Of a stretch of DNA of 64,000 nt, positions 1 through 9,423 are shown in pieces; position 1 is the first letter of the stretch; each line of letters begins with the position of its first letter. Where the stretch lies: positions 16,477-80,476 of the IMG/VR virus record IMGVR_UViG_3300045922_000709; one strand, written 5' to 3'. The DNA comes from a virus. Both the position numbers and the translations under genes were made by a program. The notes beneath the pieces are model-generated. The model saw only the letters and a list, made by a program, of their open reading frames with translations. It was not told the origin of the DNA and searched no databases.

Positions 1-1
1 T

Positions 2-388
2 CAAAAAATAAAAGAATGTTTGGAACAAAATGTTATTCAATTGAGCGTTGAAGATAGAGATTGGCACATTCCTTACATATTAAAAAATGAACAAGATTTA
101 CGTTTAACCACTAAACTTAAAATATCGGCAGCAAGATGTGCAAGAGTTTCTTATAAATCTTTTTTGACAAATGAACCATCTACAGTTGAAGAAGATTTAA
201 GACTTTTTGAAAAACTTTATTCTAACGAACATCTTTCTCCAATGGAACATCAAATATTAATAGGTAAAGAAATTAAAAAAATAAATAGAGTGTTTATGGC
301 AGAAGGTATTTTTAGAAATAGTAATATATTTTTAAAATTTGGTTCACTTAATTTCAGAAGCTATTTAAATGAAAATCGAGACGATTAA
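2..388 (+). CDS. thyX: Flavin-dependent thymidylate synthase (ThyX-like), C-terminal part; 5' end lies outside the window
   Basis: Frame is open from position 2. ISAARCARVSY and HLSPMEHQ motifs resemble the C-terminal region of phage ThyX proteins; dUTPase and RNR are nearby. Confidence 0.7.
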   Translation, partial: QKIKECLEQNVIQLSVEDRDWHIPYILKNEQDLRLTTKLKISAARCARVSYKSFLTNEPSTVEEDLRLFEKLYSNEHLSPMEHQILIGKEIKKINRVFMAEGIFRNSNIFLKFGSLNFRSYLNENRDD

Positions 389-644
389 AAAAAGGTTAAA
401 ACCTTTTGATTTATTTCAAAATCCTTATTATCCTGACACTGTTTTTTGTTTTACTGAAACAGGTGAAATTTTAATAGATAATAAGTACACTTCTTGGGCA
501 TATTTTATTATTCCCGAACATCTTTTGAATGATTCCAAATGGACAAAAGTTAAAAAAAGTAAAAATAAAAAACAAGAAACAGAAGGCGTTGTGTTAAATT
601 TGAAATTAGATTCTAGTTTTAATAAAATTACAAAGCCGATTTGA
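369..644 (+). CDS. Hypothetical protein (91 aa)
   Basis: ORF tightly packed and co-oriented with neighbours; no motif recognised. Confidence 0.6.
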   Translation: MKIETIKKRLKPFDLFQNPYYPDTVFCFTETGEILIDNKYTSWAYFIIPEHLLNDSKWTKVKKSKNKKQETEGVVLNLKLDSSFNKITKPI

Positions 645-647
645 TTT

Positions 648-1214
648 ATGTTAAAGTTTTTGAAAGTTTCTAAAAACAAAATAATTGTATTTATATTATT
701 GTTGTTGTTTTTGTTAATAACTCAATGCAAAACAAAACAACCATTTATTTATAATAATCCTCCTGTTGTAATCGATAGTTCTTTTATAATTGATAGTTTA
801 ATTAAAATAGAAGGATATAGTAATTTATTAAATATTAAATTATTTGATGAACACAATAGAAGGCTTTATCAAATTGATAGTTTAATAGAAGTGTATGAAG
901 ATAGTTTAATTAAAGTATCTATGTATCAAAAAGAAGATGGTGTTCAAATAAAAACTGTTTATAAAGATAGATTAGTTTATATTAGAACATGTAATGCTGA
1001 TTCTTTTATAGCTGTTATAAATAGATTAGCTCGTGAAAGAAATGAAAATGGTGCAAAATTGGCTAAATTACAACAAGAATATAATACTCTTGAAGTTAAA
1101 TTAAAACAAATAGATAAAAATAATAAAAATAATATTTTTTGGTTGATAGGTATTATAATTGTTTTAGCTATTATAGCAGCTATTATAATGTTTGTATTTA
1201 TGCTAAAACGATGA
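648..1214 (+). CDS. Lipoprotein with C-terminal transmembrane helix; candidate unimolecular spanin
   Basis: Basic N-terminus, hydrophobic stretch and Cys (LLITQ-CKTKQ); central coiled coil; C-terminal TM helix (IFWLIGIIIVLAIIAAIIMFVFML) followed by KR. Confidence 0.55.
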   Translation: MLKFLKVSKNKIIVFILLLLFLLITQCKTKQPFIYNNPPVVIDSSFIIDSLIKIEGYSNLLNIKLFDEHNRRLYQIDSLIEVYEDSLIKVSMYQKEDGVQIKTVYKDRLVYIRTCNADSFIAVINRLARERNENGAKLAKLQQEYNTLEVKLKQIDKNNKNNIFWLIGIIIVLAIIAAIIMFVFMLKR

Positions 1215-3088
1215 ATAGTTTTTGGGCTTTTGATATTGAAGTTTATCGCAATTTTTTATCTTTTACTGCTGTTAATGCAAAAAATTCAAAAGATGTTTTT
1301 CAAATATATAGTTTTGGAAATAAAGTAAATATTGATTTTTTAAAAGAGCTTCACAATTTTATAACAAATAAAATAGATTATTTGGTTGGCTATAATAATA
1401 TCAAATACGATGATATTATTGTAACAGAGCTTATAACCAAGTATTTGAAAAAAGAAGAAGTGTATCATAATGATATATTTTTATTAGGTCAGTCTGTTAT
1501 AGAAAATGAAGAAGAAAATCATTCAGTAAAAACTCAATCAAAATATTATAAAAGAATAGATTTAATGAGAATGCTAAGATTAGATAAATTAAAAATTAGT
1601 CTAAAACATTGTGGTGTTGTTTTGTTTTATAATAATATTCAAGATTTACCTATAAAATTTTACGAAACAATAAAAGAAGATCAAATTGATATTTTACTTA
1701 AATATAATCTTAATGACGTTTATCTAACTATAAAAGTATTAAAATACGCAAAAGATCAATTAAAATTTAGATTTGATTTATCTAATTTATATAATTCAGA
1801 TTTTTTAAACGATCCAGAAACTAAAATTGCCGATAAAGTTTTAACATCTTTTTATCTTGAAAAATCGGCTATTGTAGAATATGAATTAAAACAATTAAAA
1901 ACAGATAGAAATATTATATATTTCAATGATATCATAGACCCTAATATTACATTTACATCTAAAAAAGGTAATGATTTTTTAAATAAACTTAAAAATATTA
2001 TTTGGCGAAAAGACATAGGTTTTGAAAAATATATAGATGGTAAATTTACAGAACAATTAAATATAGGAAATAAATTCTATAGTATTGGAATAGGCGGACT
2101 ACACAGCATCGATAAAACCATATTTTATGAATCAAATAATAAATATAAACTTATCGATGCTGATGTAGCATCTTTTTATCCAAAAATAATTATAAATTTA
2201 AATATTTGCCCTGAACATTTAGAAAAATCTATATTTTTAGATATCTATAAAGAGGTTTTTGAAAAAAGAATTTTATTTAAAAAAGAAGGAAATGTTACAA
2301 AAGCACAAGTTTTAAAATTAATTTTAAACTTAATTTTTGGAAAATTTAATGATAAATACAGTTGGTTGCATGATTTACAATGTACTTTTCAAGTCACTGT
2401 AAATGGTCAATTGTATCTTTTATCTTTAATAGATGAGTTAGAAAGTAATAACATAGAAATTTTTAGTGCAAATACAGATGGAATTACTTGTAAAGTTCCA
2501 CCAAACAAAGAAGAATTATATAAAGAAATTTGTTCAAAATGGGAAAAGAAATATAATTTTTCTTTAGAATATGTAAATTATAAAAAAATATATATGCGAG
2601 ATGTAAATAATTATTGTGCTATAACAGATTCAGGTAAAGTTAAAACAAAAGGAGATTTTGTAGAAATTCCTGAAATTCAAAAACAACTTGACGCTCCTAT
2701 TATTAAAAGAGCGTTAGTAAATTATTTAATTTATGATAAACCTATTTCAGAAACAATAAATGAATCTTCTTCTATTTATGATTTTTTATATTCTATTAAA
2801 TCAGATTCTAAATTTGAAATGGTAGAATTAATTAAAAATGAAAAAGATTATGTAGAAAATGTTCTACAAAAAACAAATAGATTTTTTGTTTGTAATGATT
2901 CGAGATCTATTTTTAAAAGAAATAAAAACACAAAAGAAATTATAAGGCTTTTCGTGGGTAAAAACCTAAAAGTTGCAAATAAAATTGTTGATCCTGTAAA
3001 GGAAATCGAAAATGTAGATAAAGTTTATTATATTTCTCAAGCTGTAAAATTAGCTAATGAAATTAAACAATTTAATAATTTATTTTAA
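1211..3088 (+). CDS. polB: DNA polymerase, family B
   Basis: Exo I FDIEVY, Exo II GYNNIKYDD, Exo III YNLNDV; polymerase motifs DADVASFYP, KLILNLIFGKF, ANTDGI. ATG at 1211 (ATGA overlap with the upstream stop) preferred over the TTG at 1139. Confidence 0.93.
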   Translation: MNSFWAFDIEVYRNFLSFTAVNAKNSKDVFQIYSFGNKVNIDFLKELHNFITNKIDYLVGYNNIKYDDIIVTELITKYLKKEEVYHNDIFLLGQSVIENEEENHSVKTQSKYYKRIDLMRMLRLDKLKISLKHCGVVLFYNNIQDLPIKFYETIKEDQIDILLKYNLNDVYLTIKVLKYAKDQLKFRFDLSNLYNSDFLNDPETKIADKVLTSFYLEKSAIVEYELKQLKTDRNIIYFNDIIDPNITFTSKKGNDFLNKLKNIIWRKDIGFEKYIDGKFTEQLNIGNKFYSIGIGGLHSIDKTIFYESNNKYKLIDADVASFYPKIIINLNICPEHLEKSIFLDIYKEVFEKRILFKKEGNVTKAQVLKLILNLIFGKFNDKYSWLHDLQCTFQVTVNGQLYLLSLIDELESNNIEIFSANTDGITCKVPPNKEELYKEICSKWEKKYNFSLEYVNYKKIYMRDVNNYCAITDSGKVKTKGDFVEIPEIQKQLDAPIIKRALVNYLIYDKPISETINESSSIYDFLYSIKSDSKFEMVELIKNEKDYVENVLQKTNRFFVCNDSRSIFKRNKNTKEIIRLFVGKNLKVANKIVDPVKEIENVDKVYYISQAVKLANEIKQFNNLF

Positions 3089-3091
3089 TTT

Positions 3092-3265
3092 ATGAAATCT
3101 TATATAAATATATCTGATTTTGAAGATTTTGATGATGATTTTTTAGAAAAACATAAACAAAAAATAGAAATTTTGTTAAAAAAAGCAAACGAAAATATAG
3201 CAGAATATATTGTTGAAATTTTCAATATTATAAATTCTGAAATTAACAATTATGAAAATGATTAA
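3092..3265 (+). CDS. Small acidic hypothetical protein (57 aa, MKSYINISDFEDFDDDF...), absent from the supplied ORF track
   Basis: ATG at 3092 to TAA at 3263-3265 fills the gap between polB and the next gene almost exactly. Confidence 0.6.
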   Translation: MKSYINISDFEDFDDDFLEKHKQKIEILLKKANENIAEYIVEIFNIINSEINNYEND

Positions 3266-3277
3266 TTTATTTTATTT

Positions 3278-3547
3278 ATGTTAGTTTATTATTTTGAGTC
3301 TGATCCATTAGATATACTTTATTATTTAAAAGATAAAGAATGTATTACAGAAGATGAATTTGAAAATTTAATATACGATGAAAAAACAATAGATATGATT
3401 CAAGATAAAACAAGAGAGTTATATCAAAATATAGATAATTTTATGGGAAATAAAATAACAAATTCAGAAAACGAGCTTTTGGAAAAAATTAAGAAAAGAT
3501 ACAAAGAAATTGTAGCTGAAAATTTTAATCAATTTAATTATGAATAA
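3278..3547 (+). CDS. Hypothetical acidic protein (89 aa)
   Basis: Packed co-oriented ORF overlapping the dUTPase start. Confidence 0.65.
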   Translation: MLVYYFESDPLDILYYLKDKECITEDEFENLIYDEKTIDMIQDKTRELYQNIDNFMGNKITNSENELLEKIKKRYKEIVAENFNQFNYE

Positions 3548-3986
3548 TTTGAATATTATTGTAGCTCCTTATTCAAAACTTCTTTCAAAAGAAGATTTTA
3601 AAAACTTGTATTTACCTAAAAAAGCAAATGATTCTGATGTAGCTTATGATTGTTTTGCAAGAGAAATTAAAATAACTTCAGAATTTGTAGAATATTTTTT
3701 AGGTTTTAAAATTCAAGTTCCTGAAAAATATGGTGCATTTTTGGCCGCTAGATCTTCTTGCAGTAAACATAATTTAACTTTAGCAAATGGTATAGGTATA
3801 ATAGATCCATATTATAAAGACGAGGTTAGAGCAAGATTTTATTATAATGAAAAAAGTAAATTTTATAATATTGGCGATAGAGTTGCTCAAATTTTTATTT
3901 TACCGATACCTGAAATTAACTTTATTTTTAAATCAGAATTAAACGATAATTGTTTTAGAGGTGGTTTTGGATCAACAGGAAATTAA
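3540..3986 (+). CDS. dut: Trimeric dUTPase
   Basis: Motifs AYD, ARSS, GIIDPYY, GDRVAQ and C-terminal RGGFGSTG. Confidence 0.93.
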   Translation: MNNLNIIVAPYSKLLSKEDFKNLYLPKKANDSDVAYDCFAREIKITSEFVEYFLGFKIQVPEKYGAFLAARSSCSKHNLTLANGIGIIDPYYKDEVRARFYYNEKSKFYNIGDRVAQIFILPIPEINFIFKSELNDNCFRGGFGSTGN

Positions 3987-3987
3987 A

Positions 3988-4722
3988 ATGGAAAAATCAA
4001 TAGAATTAGAAGCAGAAGAAGTAGAAGTGACTTCTGAAACTATTAAAGCAGTTGAAAAATTAGAAGAAAATAAAATAGAATCAATTGGCAAAACAGAAGA
4101 TAAATTTTCTTCTCAATTTAATTTACTTAAAAAGTCTGGTGCATTACCCTCAACTTGGAAAAATGAAGGTTATGCGAGACTTTGTCTTCAGGCTAAAGAA
4201 GACTATAATTTAGATATTGTAGACACATTAAAAAGTGTTTATGTTATTAATGGTGCCATTGGTTTTTCAGCAGCTTTAATGCTTAAATTAGCAATTAGAG
4301 ATGGTCATTTTGTAAAAATTGTAAGAGCTGGTGTACCGTTATATAAAACAGACGATCCATCAGAATTTTATTTAAAAGGTGAACCGTTAAAAACAACAAA
4401 AGCCGATGGCACTATATCTAATGTACAAGATGTGTTTAAAATTGGAGACAAAGTTTATGCAAATAAAATTGCTACAGTTGCTATAATTAATAGAGAAATT
4501 CTTAAAATTTTAAAAGAATTTAAAGAGCCTTTATCTTATAGTTATTTTCATTTTACTTTAGCAGATGCTGTTAGCGCCGATTTATATCCCGCTAAAAGCC
4601 CTCTTTCACCTTGGAATAAATACACGTCTCAAATGCTTGTTAATAGAGCTTTAGCTGCAGCTATTCGACAAGGTTGCGGATATGGTAATTTTTACACTAA
4701 TGAAGAATTAAGTTCACTTTAA
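3988..4722 (+). CDS. RecT/Red-beta-like single-strand annealing protein
   Basis: YVINGAIGFSAALM and FTLADAVSADL...PWNKYTSQMLVNRALAAAIR resemble RecT-family signatures. A PD-(D/E)XK exonuclease partner lies at 8039. ATG at 3988 preferred. Confidence 0.7.
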   Translation: MEKSIELEAEEVEVTSETIKAVEKLEENKIESIGKTEDKFSSQFNLLKKSGALPSTWKNEGYARLCLQAKEDYNLDIVDTLKSVYVINGAIGFSAALMLKLAIRDGHFVKIVRAGVPLYKTDDPSEFYLKGEPLKTTKADGTISNVQDVFKIGDKVYANKIATVAIINREILKILKEFKEPLSYSYFHFTLADAVSADLYPAKSPLSPWNKYTSQMLVNRALAAAIRQGCGYGNFYTNEELSSL

Positions 4723-4727
4723 TATTT

Positions 4728-4955
4728 ATGAAATTTATCAAAGTAAAAGCCTTATTTAAACTTAATGAAGAAGTCGGATACACCGATTTATTAATTAACA
4801 AAGAACTTATAGAAAGAGTTGAAAAAATGGTTGTAGATGAAGGAGATGTTAAAAAAGAAGAAAACTGTTTAGTTTTTTTAGCAAATAAAAACTATCCGAT
4901 TATTGTAAATCAATCTTTTGATTCTTTTGTTGAAAATCTTTTTATATTTGTTTAA
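4728..4955 (+). CDS. Hypothetical protein (75 aa)
   Basis: Packed co-oriented ORF. Confidence 0.6.
   Translation: MKFIKVKALFKLNEEVGYTDLLINKELIERVEKMVVDEGDVKKEENCLVFLANKNYPIIVNQSFDSFVENLFIFV
4918..4950 (+). promoter_or_regulatory. Possible Bacteroidota housekeeping promoter (TTG-N22-TATATTTG)
   Basis: TAnnTTTG at 4943-4950, 28 nt upstream of the ATG at 4979; TTG at 4918-4920. The AT-rich background lowers specificity. Confidence 0.4.
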
Positions 4956-4978
4956 CCCTTAATTTTAAAATTAAATTT

Positions 4979-5461
4979 ATGATTAACTTTGTTCGTGGCT
5001 TTTCTGAAAATCAAAAAGCTAAAACTGAAAAATTAGACAAAACCGCTTTGATCATTCACATTGGTCATGAAAAACCTCAATTTGACAGAGCTAATTTAGC
5101 TCAATTTAAAGGTTCTATTTTTAAAAAATGCGAAAGTGTTGGTATTTCTTTTGATGAAACTTGCGGATTTCTTTCAATTGCAAAAAATCCGGAAAGTACT
5201 TTTGTAATTAGAGGAGATGGTTATTTTTATAATTATAAAGTGGGTAAAGAAAAATATATTTTTAATGAAATTTTAAAACATGCTCCAAAAGAATTTATAA
5301 AAAATATAAAAAACAATAGAATTGTAGCTAATGTTTTTGAGTCAACAGATTCATATATGATTTTTAAACTATGGGATATTTCTAAAAATGATATTAATAA
5401 AGAAATAATTAAAAAACACGAAGTATTACCTGAAATTTCTTACGGATGTTCAACTTTATAA
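4979..5461 (+). CDS. Hypothetical protein (160 aa)
   Basis: ORF with A/T-rich leader; no motif recognised. Confidence 0.7.
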   Translation: MINFVRGFSENQKAKTEKLDKTALIIHIGHEKPQFDRANLAQFKGSIFKKCESVGISFDETCGFLSIAKNPESTFVIRGDGYFYNYKVGKEKYIFNEILKHAPKEFIKNIKNNRIVANVFESTDSYMIFKLWDISKNDINKEIIKKHEVLPEISYGCSTL

Positions 5462-5529
5462 ATCAAAATTTTATTATTACAAAACAAATCTATTTATTTA
5501 AATTTAAATCAATTTAAGTTTCAATTATT

Positions 5530-6225
5530 ATGTTTGACAAACTTTCTTTTAGTTCTGAAGACTTTGTAGGTAAAAGTCGATTTGAAAATGGTGTTCACAA
5601 AGATGTGACATTTAATATTCGTTATTCTTCAAAAGACATTAAAGGTCAAAATCCCAGAAATGTACCTGTTTTTGAATTGGAATTTTCAAAAGTTGTAAAA
5701 AATGAAGATGGTTCAGAAACAATTTTTCAGCATATTCAACAAGAAGCTGTTTTTACAACTAAATCTTTTGAATTTTTAACAACCGTTATTCTTAAAAATA
5801 TTGTTGGTTTTGGGCTTGGTGGCACCCCTAAAAACAAAGAGATTATTTTGAATACTTTTGCTCGCTCAAAAGAAGTTCAAGAAATTGAAAATATACAAAT
5901 TACAGAACAACAAGAAAATGAAGGATTAACAGTGCTTCATTTACAAGTTCAACGCATGGCAGAACTTATCGGAGAGCTTATTAAAGATAAAATGCAACCG
6001 ATTCAAATTAAAATTGGAAATAGAACAAACGATAAAGGTTATTCTAGCAGTGGTGTTTATTTTCAATTAAACGGATACACTGGAAATAATACAATGAAGC
6101 TAAATTATAATCCTGTTACAGAAGCTTATGTTGCTAAAGAAAAACCTGTTGTTGTTCAACATGTTATTGAACCGGTTCAAGAACTTGATGTAGATGATTT
6201 ACCTACTGAAGAAACACCTTTTTAA
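5530..6225 (+). CDS. Putative single-stranded DNA-binding protein
   Basis: Beta-rich body and acidic tail ending DDLPTEETPF, like SSB C-termini; immediately upstream of primase. Confidence 0.55.
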   Translation: MFDKLSFSSEDFVGKSRFENGVHKDVTFNIRYSSKDIKGQNPRNVPVFELEFSKVVKNEDGSETIFQHIQQEAVFTTKSFEFLTTVILKNIVGFGLGGTPKNKEIILNTFARSKEVQEIENIQITEQQENEGLTVLHLQVQRMAELIGELIKDKMQPIQIKIGNRTNDKGYSSSGVYFQLNGYTGNNTMKLNYNPVTEAYVAKEKPVVVQHVIEPVQELDVDDLPTEETPF

Positions 6226-6235
6226 TTAAAATCAC

Positions 6236-7252
6236 TTGAAATTAAAACATTTTTGTTTTAATTATTGTGATTTAATTGAATATCTGCCTGATGGAGAATT
6301 ATCAATTGCTAATCTTTTCGATATTGAAATTAAATTAGGATTGACTAATTCTCCATTCAGAGTAGATAAAAATCCTTCTTTTTATACATATTTAAATAAA
6401 AACAATGTTTTAAGATTTTTAGATTATGGTACAAATGTTTGCAATGGATTAGTTTTTCATATAGCTAAATTAAAAAACATAAAAGTTTATGATGTTTTAA
6501 AAGCAGTGTCAGAAGCTTATCACGTTGATATATTTACAGATTTTTCATTTATTGAAATTTCAAAAGTGAATAATGTAAAATTTGAAAAAGCAAACACAAA
6601 AATTAAAATTTCAAATACAAATAAAAAAAATACAAATATTAATTTTTTGTTTAAAAAAGATTTTTCAGAAAAAGATTTATTGTTTTGGTCTAAATATAAC
6701 ATAGATAAAAAAACATTAAATAAATTTAATGTAAAACCTTTGGAATTTATAATATATGATGAAAATCCTGTATATGTTGGTCAAAATTTAAGTTTTTACT
6801 ATGGTTTAAATAATAAATCATGGAAAGTTTACCAGCCTTATTCTTATCGAAAATGGCTATCTCATGTAACTGAAAATGTAATTGAAGGATTTGATCAATT
6901 AAATTACAATAAAAAAGATTATTTAATTTTAACGAAAAGTTATAAAGATGTAATGAGCTTACATACAATTAAAGTTTCTGCTGTGGCGTTGCATTCAGAA
7001 GTTTACAACCCTCCTGAAAATCATCTCATATTTGATGTTTTGAAACGTTTTAAGAAGGTTTATGTGTTATACGACAATGATACCACAGGTAAAGAAAGAT
7101 CGCTTTACTGGGCCTCTAAAGGCTTAATTCCTATTTTTATGAAATCTGCAAAAGACTTTTCAGATGTATCTTCTCTTAAAGGTATTAAATTTGCAGCAAA
7201 AGAACTAAAATCAATTTTAAACTCAATTCCTAGTTATGAAAATCAAGTATAG
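6236..7252 (+). CDS. DNA primase (crAss-type, Toprim)
   Basis: N-terminal SPFRVDKNPSF...FLDYG (degenerate zinc-finger region), LTKSYKDVM, Toprim YDNDTTG and KDFSD. Confidence 0.85.
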   Translation: MKLKHFCFNYCDLIEYLPDGELSIANLFDIEIKLGLTNSPFRVDKNPSFYTYLNKNNVLRFLDYGTNVCNGLVFHIAKLKNIKVYDVLKAVSEAYHVDIFTDFSFIEISKVNNVKFEKANTKIKISNTNKKNTNINFLFKKDFSEKDLLFWSKYNIDKKTLNKFNVKPLEFIIYDENPVYVGQNLSFYYGLNNKSWKVYQPYSYRKWLSHVTENVIEGFDQLNYNKKDYLILTKSYKDVMSLHTIKVSAVALHSEVYNPPENHLIFDVLKRFKKVYVLYDNDTTGKERSLYWASKGLIPIFMKSAKDFSDVSSLKGIKFAAKELKSILNSIPSYENQV

Positions 7253-7538
7253 TTTCAAAAATAAAAAAAATAATTTTAATTATGATTTAATTAAAACTAT
7301 GTATGATAATTTTTATACAACTATAACTTCCGAAATGGAAAAATTAAACGAAAAAAAATCTGAAACAATAAAAGATTCAAAAAATACAGACGATTCAAAA
7401 TGTCCAAAATGTTCAAAATGTTCAGCTGATAAAAAATCAAAAGACACAGATGATCTTTCAGACATTGAGATTTTAGACACAATAATATCAGATCTTATGG
7501 ATTTACTCAATGAAATATCAACTAATAAAAAGCATTGA
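7236..7538 (+). CDS. Hypothetical protein with CxxCxxC (true start may be the ATG at 7299)
   Basis: ORF; CPKCSKCS is encoded by a 9-bp tandem repeat. Confidence 0.55.
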   Translation: MKIKYSFKNKKNNFNYDLIKTMYDNFYTTITSEMEKLNEKKSETIKDSKNTDDSKCPKCSKCSADKKSKDTDDLSDIEILDTIISDLMDLLNEISTNKKH

Positions 7539-8037
7539 ATTTCCAGCGTTTCCTGTATTTATAAAACTTTCTGAATATAAAAAATCCAAAAAAGGAAAAA
7601 TAAATATACCAAGATATATAAAAATAAACGGTCAAAATGTATATAATAGAACATATAATGTATATAATCAAGCAAAGATTATAAAACACATGAGCGACTA
7701 TATGACTTATTATATAAAAAAATTAAAAATTGAACCTGTGGAGCAAAATCAATACCCTATTTCAATAGAATATGAGATTCATACATCTAAATATCATGGT
7801 GGATATTATGAATCAAATGGTCAATTTAAGCTTAAAAAAGTGTTAAATTGGGACATAGGTAATTTTTGGTTATGGAATAAAGTTGGAGATGATGCTTTAA
7901 CTAAAAATAAAATAATAATCGATGATTCAATTGAATATGTTGTATCTACAGGAAAATTAACTTTTGTAGAATGTGAAAATTATAACGATAGGAAATTATT
8001 AATTAACATTTTTAAAGCAAGTGCTAGATCAATTTAA
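7510..8037 (+). CDS. RusA-like Holliday junction resolvase
   Basis: WDIGNFWLWNKVGDDALTKNKIIIDDS matches the RusA D-x-x-N...K...DAL...I-x-DD pattern. Confidence 0.7.
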   Translation: MKYQLIKSIEFPAFPVFIKLSEYKKSKKGKINIPRYIKINGQNVYNRTYNVYNQAKIIKHMSDYMTYYIKKLKIEPVEQNQYPISIEYEIHTSKYHGGYYESNGQFKLKKVLNWDIGNFWLWNKVGDDALTKNKIIIDDSIEYVVSTGKLTFVECENYNDRKLLINIFKASARSI

Positions 8038-8038
8038 G

Positions 8039-9013
8039 ATGTTAGATGAAGAATCTAACGAAAACAGAGAAATCTGTAGTTTAATTTTAGAAACAGATGA
8101 AGATTATTTTAATTATCCTGCTTTAAATGCTAGTTTAATTAAAAAAATTACAACATCAGGATTTTATAATGCTTTAGAAGGAGAAATTGATGAAGGTAAT
8201 AAAGAGTCTTTTAAATTAGGTTCAGCAATCCACAATGGTATTTTAGTACCTGATACTTTTTCTAAAAACTACACGACTATATTTGGGCCTATTCCAAATT
8301 CTGAACAAAAAAAAACATTTTGCGAATTAGTTGCTAAAGAAGGAGCCGAAGATCTTTTGTCTATATATAACAGATCTTATAATAACAAAAAAAAAGAAGA
8401 TGAAAAATTTAAAGAAGCAGTGGATCTATACACAGAATACAATCCTTATATTTCTGCTTTAGCATCTGGTAAAACAATTATAAATAAAGAAGATGTAGAT
8501 TTAATCGATAAATTAAAAAGCAGATGGAATGCACATGAATCTATTAAAGAGCTAAATAAATTTAGAAATTATAGCGAATTAGGATTTGTTTTCTTTTTAT
8601 ATAATTGTGAATGTAAAATTAAAATCGATAGATGTTCAATAGATGATGAAAATAAAATAGTTTATCTTTTAGATTTAAAAACTACATCAAACGCTGAAAA
8701 ATTTAAAAATGATTTTTTTACATATAAATATGATATCCAAATGGCGTTTTATGAAAAAGGTATAATGTCAGAAGAAGGTAAACAAGTGTTTAATATAACA
8801 GATGAATACACAGTTGTTAAAGTTATTGTGGCTGTTCAAAAAACTAAACCTTTTCTTTTAATTTGGTACGGTATTAATTTTGGAACAGAGACCCAAGAAA
8901 GATTAGATGAAATTATTCGTGATTGCTGTTTTAAATTTAATGAATGGAATTTTAAGAACGAAAAAGAAAAACAAAAAGACCTATTAAACCAATGTTCGAC
9001 CATAACTTTTTAA
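8039..9013 (+). CDS. PD-(D/E)XK exonuclease (RecE/Exo VIII, DUF3799-like)
   Basis: Y...PALNASLIK, GSAIHNGIL, KIKIDRC, LDLKTT, YKYDIQMAFY. Confidence 0.88.
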   Translation: MLDEESNENREICSLILETDEDYFNYPALNASLIKKITTSGFYNALEGEIDEGNKESFKLGSAIHNGILVPDTFSKNYTTIFGPIPNSEQKKTFCELVAKEGAEDLLSIYNRSYNNKKKEDEKFKEAVDLYTEYNPYISALASGKTIINKEDVDLIDKLKSRWNAHESIKELNKFRNYSELGFVFFLYNCECKIKIDRCSIDDENKIVYLLDLKTTSNAEKFKNDFFTYKYDIQMAFYEKGIMSEEGKQVFNITDEYTVVKVIVAVQKTKPFLLIWYGINFGTETQERLDEIIRDCCFKFNEWNFKNEKEKQKDLLNQCSTITF

Positions 9014-9423
9014 TTTTGTATTTAATTTTACCGTCTTTAATTCAACACAAATATGTTCAATATAAAAATTGTAAATTTAAAATAAATAAAGACAAATCTG
9101 AAATAAAATGTTATGAAGACGGCAATTTGAAAACTACAATTGTAGTAGAAGACGCATTTGTAAAAAGTGTAATAGATAATATTTTAAATGGTATTTGCGC
9201 TAAATTACCAGAAGATATTAAAAAAATTATATTATCAAATGTATTATTACAACACAGGAATAAAGTAAAAAGAGTTTTATATCCTTCAGATGAAGATTTA
9301 ACTTTTTTAGCAGAAAGTTTATCTGGTTCTGACGACATCGATTCAAAAATGTTAAAAATTATATTTGAAACAGGCGAATTAGTGCCTATTCCTAACCCTG
9401 AATTATTATATTTTAATGAATGA
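8992..9423 (+). CDS. Hypothetical protein (143 aa)
   Basis: Packed co-oriented ORF; start uncertain. Confidence 0.6.
   Translation: MFDHNFLILYLILPSLIQHKYVQYKNCKFKINKDKSEIKCYEDGNLKTTIVVEDAFVKSVIDNILNGICAKLPEDIKKIILSNVLLQHRNKVKRVLYPSDEDLTFLAESLSGSDDIDSKMLKIIFETGELVPIPNPELLYFNE

Noticed and set aside
1139-1210. N-terminal extension of PolB from the TTG at 1139
   Set aside because: Overlaps the TM-coding end of the upstream gene; the ATG at 1211 directly precedes the Exo I motif.
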